Origin: Lachnospiraceae bacterium
GTDB taxonomy: Bacteria; Bacillota; Clostridia; Lachnospirales; Lachnospiraceae
Length of the DNA: 50,214 nt
Assembly: GCA_024403285.1 (NCBI GenBank)
Contig: JAKSSB010000001.1
Span: 1 to 50,214, forward strand
Direction: 5' to 3'
Shown: in pieces, positions 8,646 to 16,658 of the stretch
How the letters are laid out: the number at the start of each line of letters is the position of its first letter
Numbering within the stretch: the stretch's first letter is position 1
Translations under genes and position numbers: made by a program
The notes under the pieces: model-generated
The model's database searches: none
What the model was told of the DNA's origin: nothing
The model's input: the letters and a program-made list of their open reading frames with translations, nothing else

Positions 8646-9335
8646 CTATTCCCAGGGTGCTTTAACGTAAATATCAATCGGGTAAAAATTGCACTCCGAA
8701 TTATCGTTCTCCATCTGCTTCACTCGGTCATCTTTCTCCAGATATCTTGGAACCGTAGTGGCAAAAATCGGAAGACCGCTCTGTTTCGAAACTTCTGCGG
8801 CATATCCGAGGCTGTCGGCAACCGTCTCATAAACGGTTTCCTGTTTAAGATGTGAATTGTTGACCAGTCCGCAGGCTTTCGCTCTGGACGCGGTCTCAAT
8901 CTCTCTCAGAATTTCAACGGTATCTTCGGGAGTCATCGTCAGATTCCTGTATCTGTTGATAACATAAAGCATTTCATAATCAACTTTGGAAATCTGTTCA
9001 TGAAATCTTCCGAGTACAACCGAACCCGCATCATCTCCTCCGACATCCATGACAACATCGTAATCGTCTCTTTCAAAAGCAAGATTCATGTCGGCGGGAA
9101 GAGCCGGTATATCGACATTTGAATTGGCATAAAGCGGCGAAATTACTTTAATCCCCGCTTTCTCGAGAACATCTTTGCATCCCGAAGAGAGAAAATACGG
9201 ATTGACTAAATCGAGGTCCATCAGCATAGTCTTTCTTCCTTTGGAAGCAAGGTCAAGCGCAAGATTAACCGAAAAATTGCTCTTGCCGCATCCGTAATGT
9301 CCGACTACTATATAGAATTTTCGTGAATTGTTCAA
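8646..9335 (-). CDS. P-loop NTPase (MinD/ParA/CobQ-like), function unknown
   Basis: GHYGCGKS Walker A, DLDLVNPYF and DVGGD. TTG start with an AAGGA RBS. Confidence 0.82.
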   Translation of the reverse strand: MNNSRKFYIVVGHYGCGKSNFSVNLALDLASKGRKTMLMDLDLVNPYFLSSGCKDVLEKAGIKVISPLYANSNVDIPALPADMNLAFERDDYDVVMDVGGDDAGSVVLGRFHEQISKVDYEMLYVINRYRNLTMTPEDTVEILREIETASRAKACGLVNNSHLKQETVYETVADSLGYAAEVSKQSGLPIFATTVPRYLEKDDRVKQMENDNSECNFYPIDIYVKAPWE

Positions 9336-9384
9336 TAAATCGCTTCCTTTCGGTGCAGAGTGCGCAACAGCACCTCAAATGTAT

Positions 9385-9413
9385 ATCTTATCACAGCATA
9401 ATTGGGAAATCAA
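9385..9413 (-). promoter_or_regulatory. Sigma-A-type promoter for the NTPase/oxidoreductase operon
   Basis: Minus strand TTGATT-17 bp-TAAGAT with a TG extension. Confidence 0.55.
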
Positions 9414-9431
9414 GAAAAGAAAATTCCTTAT

Positions 9432-10646
9432 TTATACTATCCTTCGCACTGTAATAATGCTTCTGTAAGTAGCGTTCGAGATTTTAATTCCCGTCGCCGC
9501 CGAGCTGGCGTGTACAATCTTGCCGTCGCCGACATAAAGTGCCACATGACCGGCATAGCAGATAATATCACCCGGCTGAGCATTCGCATAAGCCACTTCC
9601 GTACCCGCGCTTCTCTGTGAATATGAGGTTCTCGGAATCGAATATCCGAAGTGCGCGTAAACCGAACTGGTAAAACCGGAGCAGTCGGTACCGTTTGTAA
9701 GGCTTGTTCCGCCCGCTTTATACGGATTGCCCAAAAACTGAATCGCGTAAAGAGCTATATCCTTACCGGCCTGTGATCCGCTCGCATTGTTAATTACACT
9801 CGGATCGAGTGAATACGCATCACCTGTATATTTGGGACCGCCACCGCCGCCGTTGCCGTTTCCGTCTTCTCCGCGCTCGGCTCTCTCCGCTGCCAGACGC
9901 TTCTTCTCGAGTTCTTTGATTTTATCGTTCTCTTTCTTGATTTCGGCGGCATATTTCTTCGCCTGTTTCTTCGCTGCCGAAATCTGTGCGGAATAGTCGC
10001 TCGCAACCGCTTTAAGTTCTGCACTGGCCACCTCGAGTTCGCTCTTCTCCGCCTCACACTCATCCTTGGCGGTAAGAAGTTCATCCTCTTCCGTTTCAAG
10101 CATGGCTTTCAGTTCTTCGACTTCAATACGGGTATTCTGATAATCCTCAAGCATTCTGCTGTCGGCATCGTATATCTCTTCGATGTATTCCGCTCTGGTC
10201 AGAAAATCGGCGATGCTTCCCGTTTCGACAAGCATTGACATATACGAAATTCCGCCGCCCTGTTCATAGAGCACGGCAAGCCTTTTCTTCGTGTTGGCAT
10301 ACTGCGTCTCTTCCTTCTCAATCGCAGCGGCAAGCTGTTCCTTGGCCACCCCGATTTCATTCTCTTTAACGGCGATGTCCTCTTCGAGCAGTTCTATGCT
10401 TACCATCAAATCGGTAATCTCGCCTTCGAGTTCCGCAATTTCCCCAAGCACCTCAGCCTGTTCTTCGGCGAGCGCATCAATATTTTCATTTATTTCATCC
10501 AGCTCCTGCTGGTTCTTCTTTTTCTCTTTTTCCACTTCTGCCTTTTCATTAGCGTAGTCCTGTGAAGGCACCGCATAAACGGTCTGCGATAAAAGAGATA
10601 ATGAAAGGACCATACAGGCCGCAATTTTACATATTCTTTTCTTCAT
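9432..10646 (-). CDS. Secreted coiled-coil NlpC/P60 peptidoglycan endopeptidase (CwlO/PcsB-like architecture)
   Basis: Signal peptide MKKRICKIAA..., long coiled coil, Gly linker and DCSGF...GHVALY...IVHAS catalytic motifs. Start set at 10646 after an AAGGAG RBS. Confidence 0.9.
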   Translation of the reverse strand: MKKRICKIAACMVLSLSLLSQTVYAVPSQDYANEKAEVEKEKKKNQQELDEINENIDALAEEQAEVLGEIAELEGEITDLMVSIELLEEDIAVKENEIGVAKEQLAAAIEKEETQYANTKKRLAVLYEQGGGISYMSMLVETGSIADFLTRAEYIEEIYDADSRMLEDYQNTRIEVEELKAMLETEEDELLTAKDECEAEKSELEVASAELKAVASDYSAQISAAKKQAKKYAAEIKKENDKIKELEKKRLAAERAERGEDGNGNGGGGGPKYTGDAYSLDPSVINNASGSQAGKDIALYAIQFLGNPYKAGGTSLTNGTDCSGFTSSVYAHFGYSIPRTSYSQRSAGTEVAYANAQPGDIICYAGHVALYVGDGKIVHASSAATGIKISNATYRSIITVRRIV

Positions 10647-10742
10647 ACAGTACTCCTTTGCATACATAGTTATTATAATATACTTCGAAGTCAATGTACA
10701 ACTTTTATTTGGATTTTTCACATTTGTGGAGGTTATGGACTA

Positions 10743-10771
10743 TTGCGTTTTACCGATAAAAATGCTACAAT
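10743..10771 (+). promoter_or_regulatory. Sigma-A-type promoter
   Basis: TTGCGT-17 bp-TACAAT with a TG extension, upstream of the GGAGG RBS of the 10806 gene. Confidence 0.6.
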
Positions 10772-10805
10772 GGATGAGCTGAAATTCACATGGAGGAATA
10801 TATAA

Positions 10806-11300
10806 ATGAATCTTTATCTGGCTTTATCCACACCGGCGATTGTATCGCTCATCATTATCGGTGTTTTAATTATAGGAATTATCGTTCTCTACTTCCTGGG
10901 TAAGAAAATGGACAAGAAGCAGAAGGAACAGCAGGCAATGCTTGAGAACTACAAGCAGACGGTTTCGATGCTTATTATCGACAAGAAAGTTGTCCGTTTC
11001 AAAGATGCCGGCTTCCCGCAGAACGTTATGGATCAGGCTCCCAAGTATTCGAGAAGAATGAAGGTACGTGTTGTTAAATGTAAGATTGGTCCTCAGATTG
11101 TAACACTCATCTGTGACGACAAGATTTTCGACACTGTTCCCGTTAAGAAAGAAGTTAAAGCCGTTATCAGCGGTATGTACCTCATGAGCGTCAAAGGTCT
11201 TCACGGCAAGGCACCTGTCGCACCGGTCAAGAAGAAGAACTTCTTCAAACGTACAATTGAGAAACTTCAGGAGAAAGCCGGAGCCAAACCTGTCAAATAA
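10806..11300 (+). CDS. Hypothetical single-pass membrane protein, Lys-rich
   Basis: GGAGG RBS, N-terminal TM helix, and a promoter and terminator on either side. Confidence 0.85.
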   Translation: MNLYLALSTPAIVSLIIIGVLIIGIIVLYFLGKKMDKKQKEQQAMLENYKQTVSMLIIDKKVVRFKDAGFPQNVMDQAPKYSRRMKVRVVKCKIGPQIVTLICDDKIFDTVPVKKEVKAVISGMYLMSVKGLHGKAPVAPVKKKNFFKRTIEKLQEKAGAKPVK

Positions 11301-11346
11301 TCAAATCATCGAAATCAAACGCATTTCATTGATTAAACAGCAAACA

Positions 11347-11371
11347 AAAACCACGCACACTGCGTGGTTTT
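11347..11371. terminator. Bidirectional terminator between convergent genes
   Basis: AAAACCACGCA-CAC-TGCGTGGTTTT. Confidence 0.75.
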
Positions 11372-11408
11372 ATTTTGCCCGTTGCGGAGCTCGTCCGCCA
11401 ACGTTATC

Positions 11409-11825
11409 TTATACAAACTCGTACGTAATTTTCACAAAATTACCCGCAATCAGGTCATCCCCCGTGAAAAGATCGTAGTTCACTTCGGCGCATCCGCCCT
11501 CTTCCGTGAAATCCACCGAAAGATTCATGCATTTATTGATAAAAGAAAGTTCGCCGTACGGTGTCATATAATTAAGCGATGCCGTATTGTTCGGTGCAAA
11601 ATACATGTCCGATGCGACCGCACCCGATTTTCTGATTCTGATACTTCCCGGATTTATTTCAACCGTCGTAAGAATCTTATTTCCGTCTTCCGTCTCGGCG
11701 AAACGGATTTCCGCGCCGTTTTCTCTGGCGGCATATTTGCCCGCCGCCTCCGTAAACGTCGTGTCCTTCTCGCCGTCCGGATTTGTGGAAATTCCCGTTA
11801 TTCTGACTTTAATATCTCTGTACAT
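11409..11825 (-). CDS. DUF1934-like beta-barrel protein
   Basis: G.Y...G...I.F.E...T.V.I....I.I.K.G...M.F...YMTPYG pattern. Confidence 0.72.
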   Translation of the reverse strand: MYRDIKVRITGISTNPDGEKDTTFTEAAGKYAARENGAEIRFAETEDGNKILTTVEINPGSIRIRKSGAVASDMYFAPNNTASLNYMTPYGELSFINKCMNLSVDFTEEGGCAEVNYDLFTGDDLIAGNFVKITYEFV

Positions 11826-11861
11826 TCTATCTCTGTTCTTTCTGTAATATTTGGCACTCTT

Positions 11862-12731
11862 CTACATAATACTGTCGGTAAAAGAAGCTCTGAAAATCTG
11901 TTTCTCCATACCCTGCGCCCTGATATAGGCTTCCGCTTTTGCAACCGATTCATCATCCGGGAAAAGACCGAATACCGTAGGTCCGCTTCCGCTCATCATC
12001 GCCTTCATCGCACCGCACTCTTCCATAATTCTTTTAAGCTCGGCAATTCTCGGATACTTAACTTCCGTTACCGTCTCCATAACATTCTCCATGAGACTGC
12101 AGATTCCTTCAAGCGATTTGTTCTCAATTGCTTTTATCATTCCGTCAACATCGGGATGCGATTTCAATTCGTTTGCGTGAATGTTCTCATAAACGTATTT
12201 CGTCGAAACATCGAAGTCCGGCTTAACAATAAGCAGCGGACAGTGCACAACGGGCGGCAGCTTCGTAAGCACTTCGCCGATACCTTCCGCAAGATACGTT
12301 CCTCCCATAATACAGTACGGAACGTCGGCTCCTATTTTAACTCCGAGTTCGCAAAGTTTCTCTTTGGATGCATTCAAACCGAAAAGCTCGTTCATTCCGT
12401 TGAAAACGGCAGCGGCATCCGTGCTTCCGCCGGCCATTCCGGCAGCCATCGGTATATTTTTTTCAAGATATATTTTCACGCCTTCTTTTACCGCGAAAGT
12501 TTCTTTTACCAGAGCGGCAGCTTTCCAGATGAGATTCGTCGAGTCGTAGGAAAGGCCGGGAACATTGCCGTCAAGTTCGATGCCTTCCGGGATTTTCTCG
12601 ATTGTAAGCACGTCGCAAAGGTCGACCGTCTGCATAATCATGCGAAGGTCGTGATAGCCGTTTTCGCGCCTTCTGACCACATCGAGAGCAAGGTTTATTT
12701 TGGCATATGCGTTAATAACTTTTCTGTCCAT
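11862..12731 (-). CDS. ispE: 4-diphosphocytidyl-2-C-methyl-D-erythritol kinase
   Basis: Motifs AYAKINLALDV, KNIPMAAGMAGGSTDAA, GADVPYC and MSGSGPTVFG. Confidence 0.96.
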   Translation of the reverse strand: MDRKVINAYAKINLALDVVRRRENGYHDLRMIMQTVDLCDVLTIEKIPEGIELDGNVPGLSYDSTNLIWKAAALVKETFAVKEGVKIYLEKNIPMAAGMAGGSTDAAAVFNGMNELFGLNASKEKLCELGVKIGADVPYCIMGGTYLAEGIGEVLTKLPPVVHCPLLIVKPDFDVSTKYVYENIHANELKSHPDVDGMIKAIENKSLEGICSLMENVMETVTEVKYPRIAELKRIMEECGAMKAMMSGSGPTVFGLFPDDESVAKAEAYIRAQGMEKQIFRASFTDSIM

Positions 12732-12759
12732 AAAATTAATTTTCCTTTCGGTAAAAGGG

Positions 12760-12786
12760 TTAACTTATCCGGCGTGATGCCGATAA
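12760..12786 (+). promoter_or_regulatory. Sigma-28 (FliA/SigD)-like promoter
   Basis: Perfect -10 GCCGATAA (12779-12786) with TTAA 15 bp upstream. Confidence 0.6.
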
Positions 12787-12877
12787 AAGATACAGAGGTA
12801 TAATCTGCCTCTATGCAACTGTCAACAAAAGAATAACGGATTATTCTTTCACAAATCTACCAGGGAGGGAGAGCAAA

Positions 12878-13489
12878 ATGAGTGTTAACGGAGTTAATTC
12901 ATCAGATGTAGTTTATTCGAACTACAAACCGGCGGCAGCATCCGGTAAACAGGCCAAGGCCGAAAAAGCCGAAGCAAAGGCTGCAAACGAAAATGTAAAA
13001 GAAGCACCCGGTGCCGTATATGAGCGTTCAAGCAGTGAACCCGTATACAAAAAGGCGGCAGACCCCGAAACGGTCAAATACCTTCAGAATGAACTTAATG
13101 CTAGAACACAACAGCTTGAAAATATAGTTTCTGAACTCATTTCCAAACAGGGCAAGGCAATCGGAACAGCCGATGACTTCTGGAAATTCCTTGCGAGCGG
13201 TGACTTTGAAGTCGATGCACAGACCAAAGCACAGGCACAGGCCGATATCGCCGAGGACGGTTTCTGGGGCGTTGAAGCTACCAGTGACAGAATCGTGGAT
13301 TTTGCCGTAGCTCTTGCCGGAACCGATCCGGACAAACTTGAGAAAATGCGTTCGGCGTTCGAGAAGGGATTTAAGATGGCCACCCAGACCTGGGGCGGCG
13401 CACTTCCGGACATTTCGCAGCGCACATACGAAGCCGTTCAGAATAAGTTCGATAAACTTATCTACGGCGAGCAGGAAGAAGCAGAGTAA
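12878..13489 (+). CDS. Hypothetical protein, probably in the sigma-28 regulon
   Basis: GGAG RBS, low-complexity N-terminus and helical C-terminus (DGFWGVEATSDRIVDFA...WGGALPDIS). It has its own promoter and terminator. Confidence 0.85.
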   Translation: MSVNGVNSSDVVYSNYKPAAASGKQAKAEKAEAKAANENVKEAPGAVYERSSSEPVYKKAADPETVKYLQNELNARTQQLENIVSELISKQGKAIGTADDFWKFLASGDFEVDAQTKAQAQADIAEDGFWGVEATSDRIVDFAVALAGTDPDKLEKMRSAFEKGFKMATQTWGGALPDISQRTYEAVQNKFDKLIYGEQEEAE

Positions 13490-13517
13490 ATCACGTGCTA
13501 CCATTTTCCATACACAG

Positions 13518-13545
13518 CCCCCCACCGGTAACGGCGGGGGGTTTT
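13518..13545 (+). terminator. Intrinsic terminator
   Basis: CCCCCCACCG-GTAA-CGGCGGGGGG-TTTT. Confidence 0.8.
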
Positions 13546-13567
13546 GCATTGTTGTTTCTTTCACTTA

Positions 13568-14470
13568 TCAGTCAACACATCCGATAATCTCGTTAATATC
13601 CACGATACCTTTTTCGTTCATGAATTTCTCAATTCCGTCAACAATTTCTTCCGTAACGGTCGGGTTAAAAAAGTTTGCCGCGCCGACGCTTACCGCTGTG
13701 GCACCGGCCATCATAAACTCAATGGCATCCTCATAATTTCTGATACCGCCCATTCCGATAATGGGAATGTTTACGGCCTTGCGGCACTGGTACACCATTC
13801 TCACTGCGACGGGCTTGATTGCGGGACCTGAAAGGCCTCCTGTTTTATTGGCAAGCGCAAATGTGCGTCTGTTGATATCTATCTTCATTCCCGTGATGGT
13901 ATTGATGAGCGAAATCGCATCGGCACCTGCTGCCTCTGCTGCCCTTGCCATCTCGGTAATGTCCGTAACGTTGGGACTTAATTTCATAATGACCGGCTGT
14001 CCGGCTTTTTTCTTGATTCTCGAAGTAATCTCATAAAGAGCATCGGCTTTTTGTCCGAATGCTATCGCGCCCTCTTTGACATTGGGACACGATACGTTGA
14101 TTTCAAGCATCGCTACCGAAGTGTCCTTAAGTCTCTCCACGGTCTCTTCGTAGTCTTCAATGCTTTTACCGCATACATTTACGATTACCTTGGTATCATA
14201 CTTGGCAAGGAACGGAAGATCTCTCTCGATAAAAACATCGACGCCCGGATTCTGAAGTCCGATGGCATTGAGCATTCCGCCGTAAGTTTCCGCCACACGC
14301 GGTGTGGGATTGCCCGGCCAGGGAACGTTAGCGACACCTTTTGTTACAACAGCGCCGAGTTTGTTCAAATCGACGAACTGCGAATATTCCATTCCGGAGC
14401 CGAAAGTTCCGGATGCCGTCATTACCGGATTCTTAAAATCGATTCCGGCGATTTGTACCGAAGTATTCAT
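13568..14470 (-). CDS. pyrD: Dihydroorotate dehydrogenase B catalytic subunit
   Basis: Motifs NPVMTASGTFG, NAIGLQNPG, EINVSCPNV, KLSPNVTDI and GGLSGPAIKP. Confidence 0.96.
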   Translation of the reverse strand: MNTSVQIAGIDFKNPVMTASGTFGSGMEYSQFVDLNKLGAVVTKGVANVPWPGNPTPRVAETYGGMLNAIGLQNPGVDVFIERDLPFLAKYDTKVIVNVCGKSIEDYEETVERLKDTSVAMLEINVSCPNVKEGAIAFGQKADALYEITSRIKKKAGQPVIMKLSPNVTDITEMARAAEAAGADAISLINTITGMKIDINRRTFALANKTGGLSGPAIKPVAVRMVYQCRKAVNIPIIGMGGIRNYEDAIEFMMAGATAVSVGAANFFNPTVTEEIVDGIEKFMNEKGIVDINEIIGCVD

Positions 14471-15252
14471 CAGATATCCACCTCCCTTGAATCAAATACG
14501 GGGCCTTCCGTACATACTCTTGTATTGTTAACATGCGAATGATGGTCTTTGTTAACCGTCTTGCATACACAGCCCAGGCACGCACCGACGCCGCAGGCCA
14601 TTCTTTCTTCAAGCGAAATGTAAGCGACGATTCCGTTCTCTTCCGCGTATTTCTTAATTGCGCGAAGCATCGGCATCGGTCCGCAGGCCATGATGATATC
14701 GGGTTTCAAAGTTGTTGTTTGGAGTGCATCGAGAACATTTCCTTTGCATCCAACGCTGCCGTCTTCGGTAGCGATATACACTTTCGAATATTTCATGAAA
14801 TCCTCGGAAAGAAAAGTCTGTCTGTCTCTGTATCCGAGAAAAGAATGAACATCGCCGTCGATACTCTTCGCAAGTCCGAGCATCGGCGGAATTCCGATTC
14901 CTCCGCCCATAAGCACAACGCACTTGCCTTTGGCTTCTTCGTACGGGAAACCGTTGCCCAGATTGGCTAAAATTCTGACTCCGTCACCCGGTTTGAGTGC
15001 GGAAAATTCAGCCGTTCCGGTATTTGCTCCGGTTACTCTGTAAACTATGCGAAGTTCCTTTTGGTCCGCATCCGCGCTGCAGATACTGATAGGACGCATA
15101 AGAAGCTTCGACGAATCTTTCGGATAAATTCCGATAAACTGTCCCGGACGTGCAAATTCCGCAGCCGGAGTATTAAGTCTTAAATCATAAATTCCGGGCG
15201 CGAGGCTTTCCTGCGAAATAACCTCCGCCTTCGTTACTTTCCTGTAAAACAT
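14470..15252 (-). CDS. pyrK: Dihydroorotate dehydrogenase electron transfer subunit
   Basis: Motifs PGQF, RPISI, GGGIGIPP, ACGP and EERMACGVGACLGC...VCTEGPVF. Start set at 15252. Confidence 0.94.
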   Translation of the reverse strand: MFYRKVTKAEVISQESLAPGIYDLRLNTPAAEFARPGQFIGIYPKDSSKLLMRPISICSADADQKELRIVYRVTGANTGTAEFSALKPGDGVRILANLGNGFPYEEAKGKCVVLMGGGIGIPPMLGLAKSIDGDVHSFLGYRDRQTFLSEDFMKYSKVYIATEDGSVGCKGNVLDALQTTTLKPDIIMACGPMPMLRAIKKYAEENGIVAYISLEERMACGVGACLGCVCKTVNKDHHSHVNNTRVCTEGPVFDSREVDI

Positions 15253-15365
15253 ATTTATTCCTTCCTGCACCTTTTTCGGTGCATAATTATTGTATTTTCT
15301 GTGAAACGTTACTGATTATTCCGTATTTTCCCCGGTCCGCCATGTTTCGCAGACCTGTCCGGGAG

Positions 15366-16640
15366 TTACTTTCTTACTATAACCCTGCCGTCGCATATCA
15401 CGAAATGAACCGCTCCGTAAAGTTTCTCCCCGGTAAAAGGCGAATTAACCGCCTTCGATTTGAAATCCCCGACTACAATCTCCTCATCCGGATTGAAAAG
15501 CACGATATCCGCTTTATATCCTTCTTTGAGATTTCCTCTGTCGGTAAAAGAATACATGGCTGCGGGATTGACCGTGAACTTCGCCAGCACATCGATTAAT
15601 TTCATTCCCGATTCGCGTACAAGATGTGTCACCGCGAGGGGAAGGGCCGTCTCAAGTCCCGTCATTCCGCTCGGTGCCTTGGTTATCTCAGCTGCTTTCT
15701 CTTCTGCTGAATGAGGTGCGTGGTCGGTTGCGATTATATCAATCGTTCCGTCCTTAAGTCCTTCTATTACGGCGAGCCTGTCTTCTTCGGTTCGAAGCGG
15801 CGGATTGAGTTTGGCAAAAGAGCCTTTCTCAATCAGCGCTTTTTCCGTCAGGGAAAAATGCTGCGGCGTGGCTTCCGCGTGAAGCCCCGTCAGACCGTCT
15901 TTTTTACCCTTGCGGACAAGTTCCACACCTTCTGCAGTGCTTATATGCTGAATGTTCATAATACCGCCCGTTTCGCGTAAGATATCGATATCTCTTTCGA
16001 TCATCGAAATCTCCGCTTCGCGCGGCGAACCTTTAACCCCATAGAATAATGATGCCTCACCGGCGTTAATTCCGTTCTCGCTTATGAGATTCCTGTTCTC
16101 CTCATGAAGCGAAACCGGCTTGCCGAACGGCTTCGATTCAAGCAGTGCTTTCCGCAACACTTCCGGGTCCATGATGGGAATTCCGTCGTCGGTAAAACCT
16201 GCAGCTCCGGCTTTTACGAGCGCAGCGTAGTCGGTAAGTTCCTCTCCCTTCATGCCGACCGTCACTGTGGCACAGCTTTCGACTCTTATTCCTGTCAAAC
16301 GGCCTTTTTCAAGGACATATTCAAGTGTTTCGACATTGTCGACCGGCGGTTTCGTATTGCACATAAGAACCACGGTCGTATATCCGCCTGCTGCTGCCGC
16401 ACCGGCGCCTGTGATTATATCTTCCTTATGCGTAAAACCGGGATCTCTGAAATGGCTGTGGACATCGATAAGTCCGGGGGCCGCAACAAGCCCGGCGGCG
16501 TCGATTGTTTCGTCGGCGGCGACGGAAATGTCTTTGCCGATTTGTGCAATAAACCCGTCTTTTACCAGGATGTCGGATTCGCCCTCAAAAGAATCCGCGG
16601 GATTTACGATGTATGCGTTTTTAATCAGAATGCTGCTCAA
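15366..16640 (-). CDS. pyrC: Dihydroorotase
   Basis: Motifs PGLIDVHSHFRDPG, QHIST, KLNPPLR and IATDHAPH. TTG start with a GGAGG RBS. Confidence 0.95.
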   Translation of the reverse strand: MSSILIKNAYIVNPADSFEGESDILVKDGFIAQIGKDISVAADETIDAAGLVAAPGLIDVHSHFRDPGFTHKEDIITGAGAAAAGGYTTVVLMCNTKPPVDNVETLEYVLEKGRLTGIRVESCATVTVGMKGEELTDYAALVKAGAAGFTDDGIPIMDPEVLRKALLESKPFGKPVSLHEENRNLISENGINAGEASLFYGVKGSPREAEISMIERDIDILRETGGIMNIQHISTAEGVELVRKGKKDGLTGLHAEATPQHFSLTEKALIEKGSFAKLNPPLRTEEDRLAVIEGLKDGTIDIIATDHAPHSAEEKAAEITKAPSGMTGLETALPLAVTHLVRESGMKLIDVLAKFTVNPAAMYSFTDRGNLKEGYKADIVLFNPDEEIVVGDFKSKAVNSPFTGEKLYGAVHFVICDGRVIVRK

Positions 16641-16658
16641 ACCAATTACCTCCGAAAA

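Noticed and set aside
11364-12803. 479-aa plus-strand ORF
   Set aside because: It is an antisense shadow of ispE and the DUF1934 gene, has no protein-like motifs, and starts inside a terminator.
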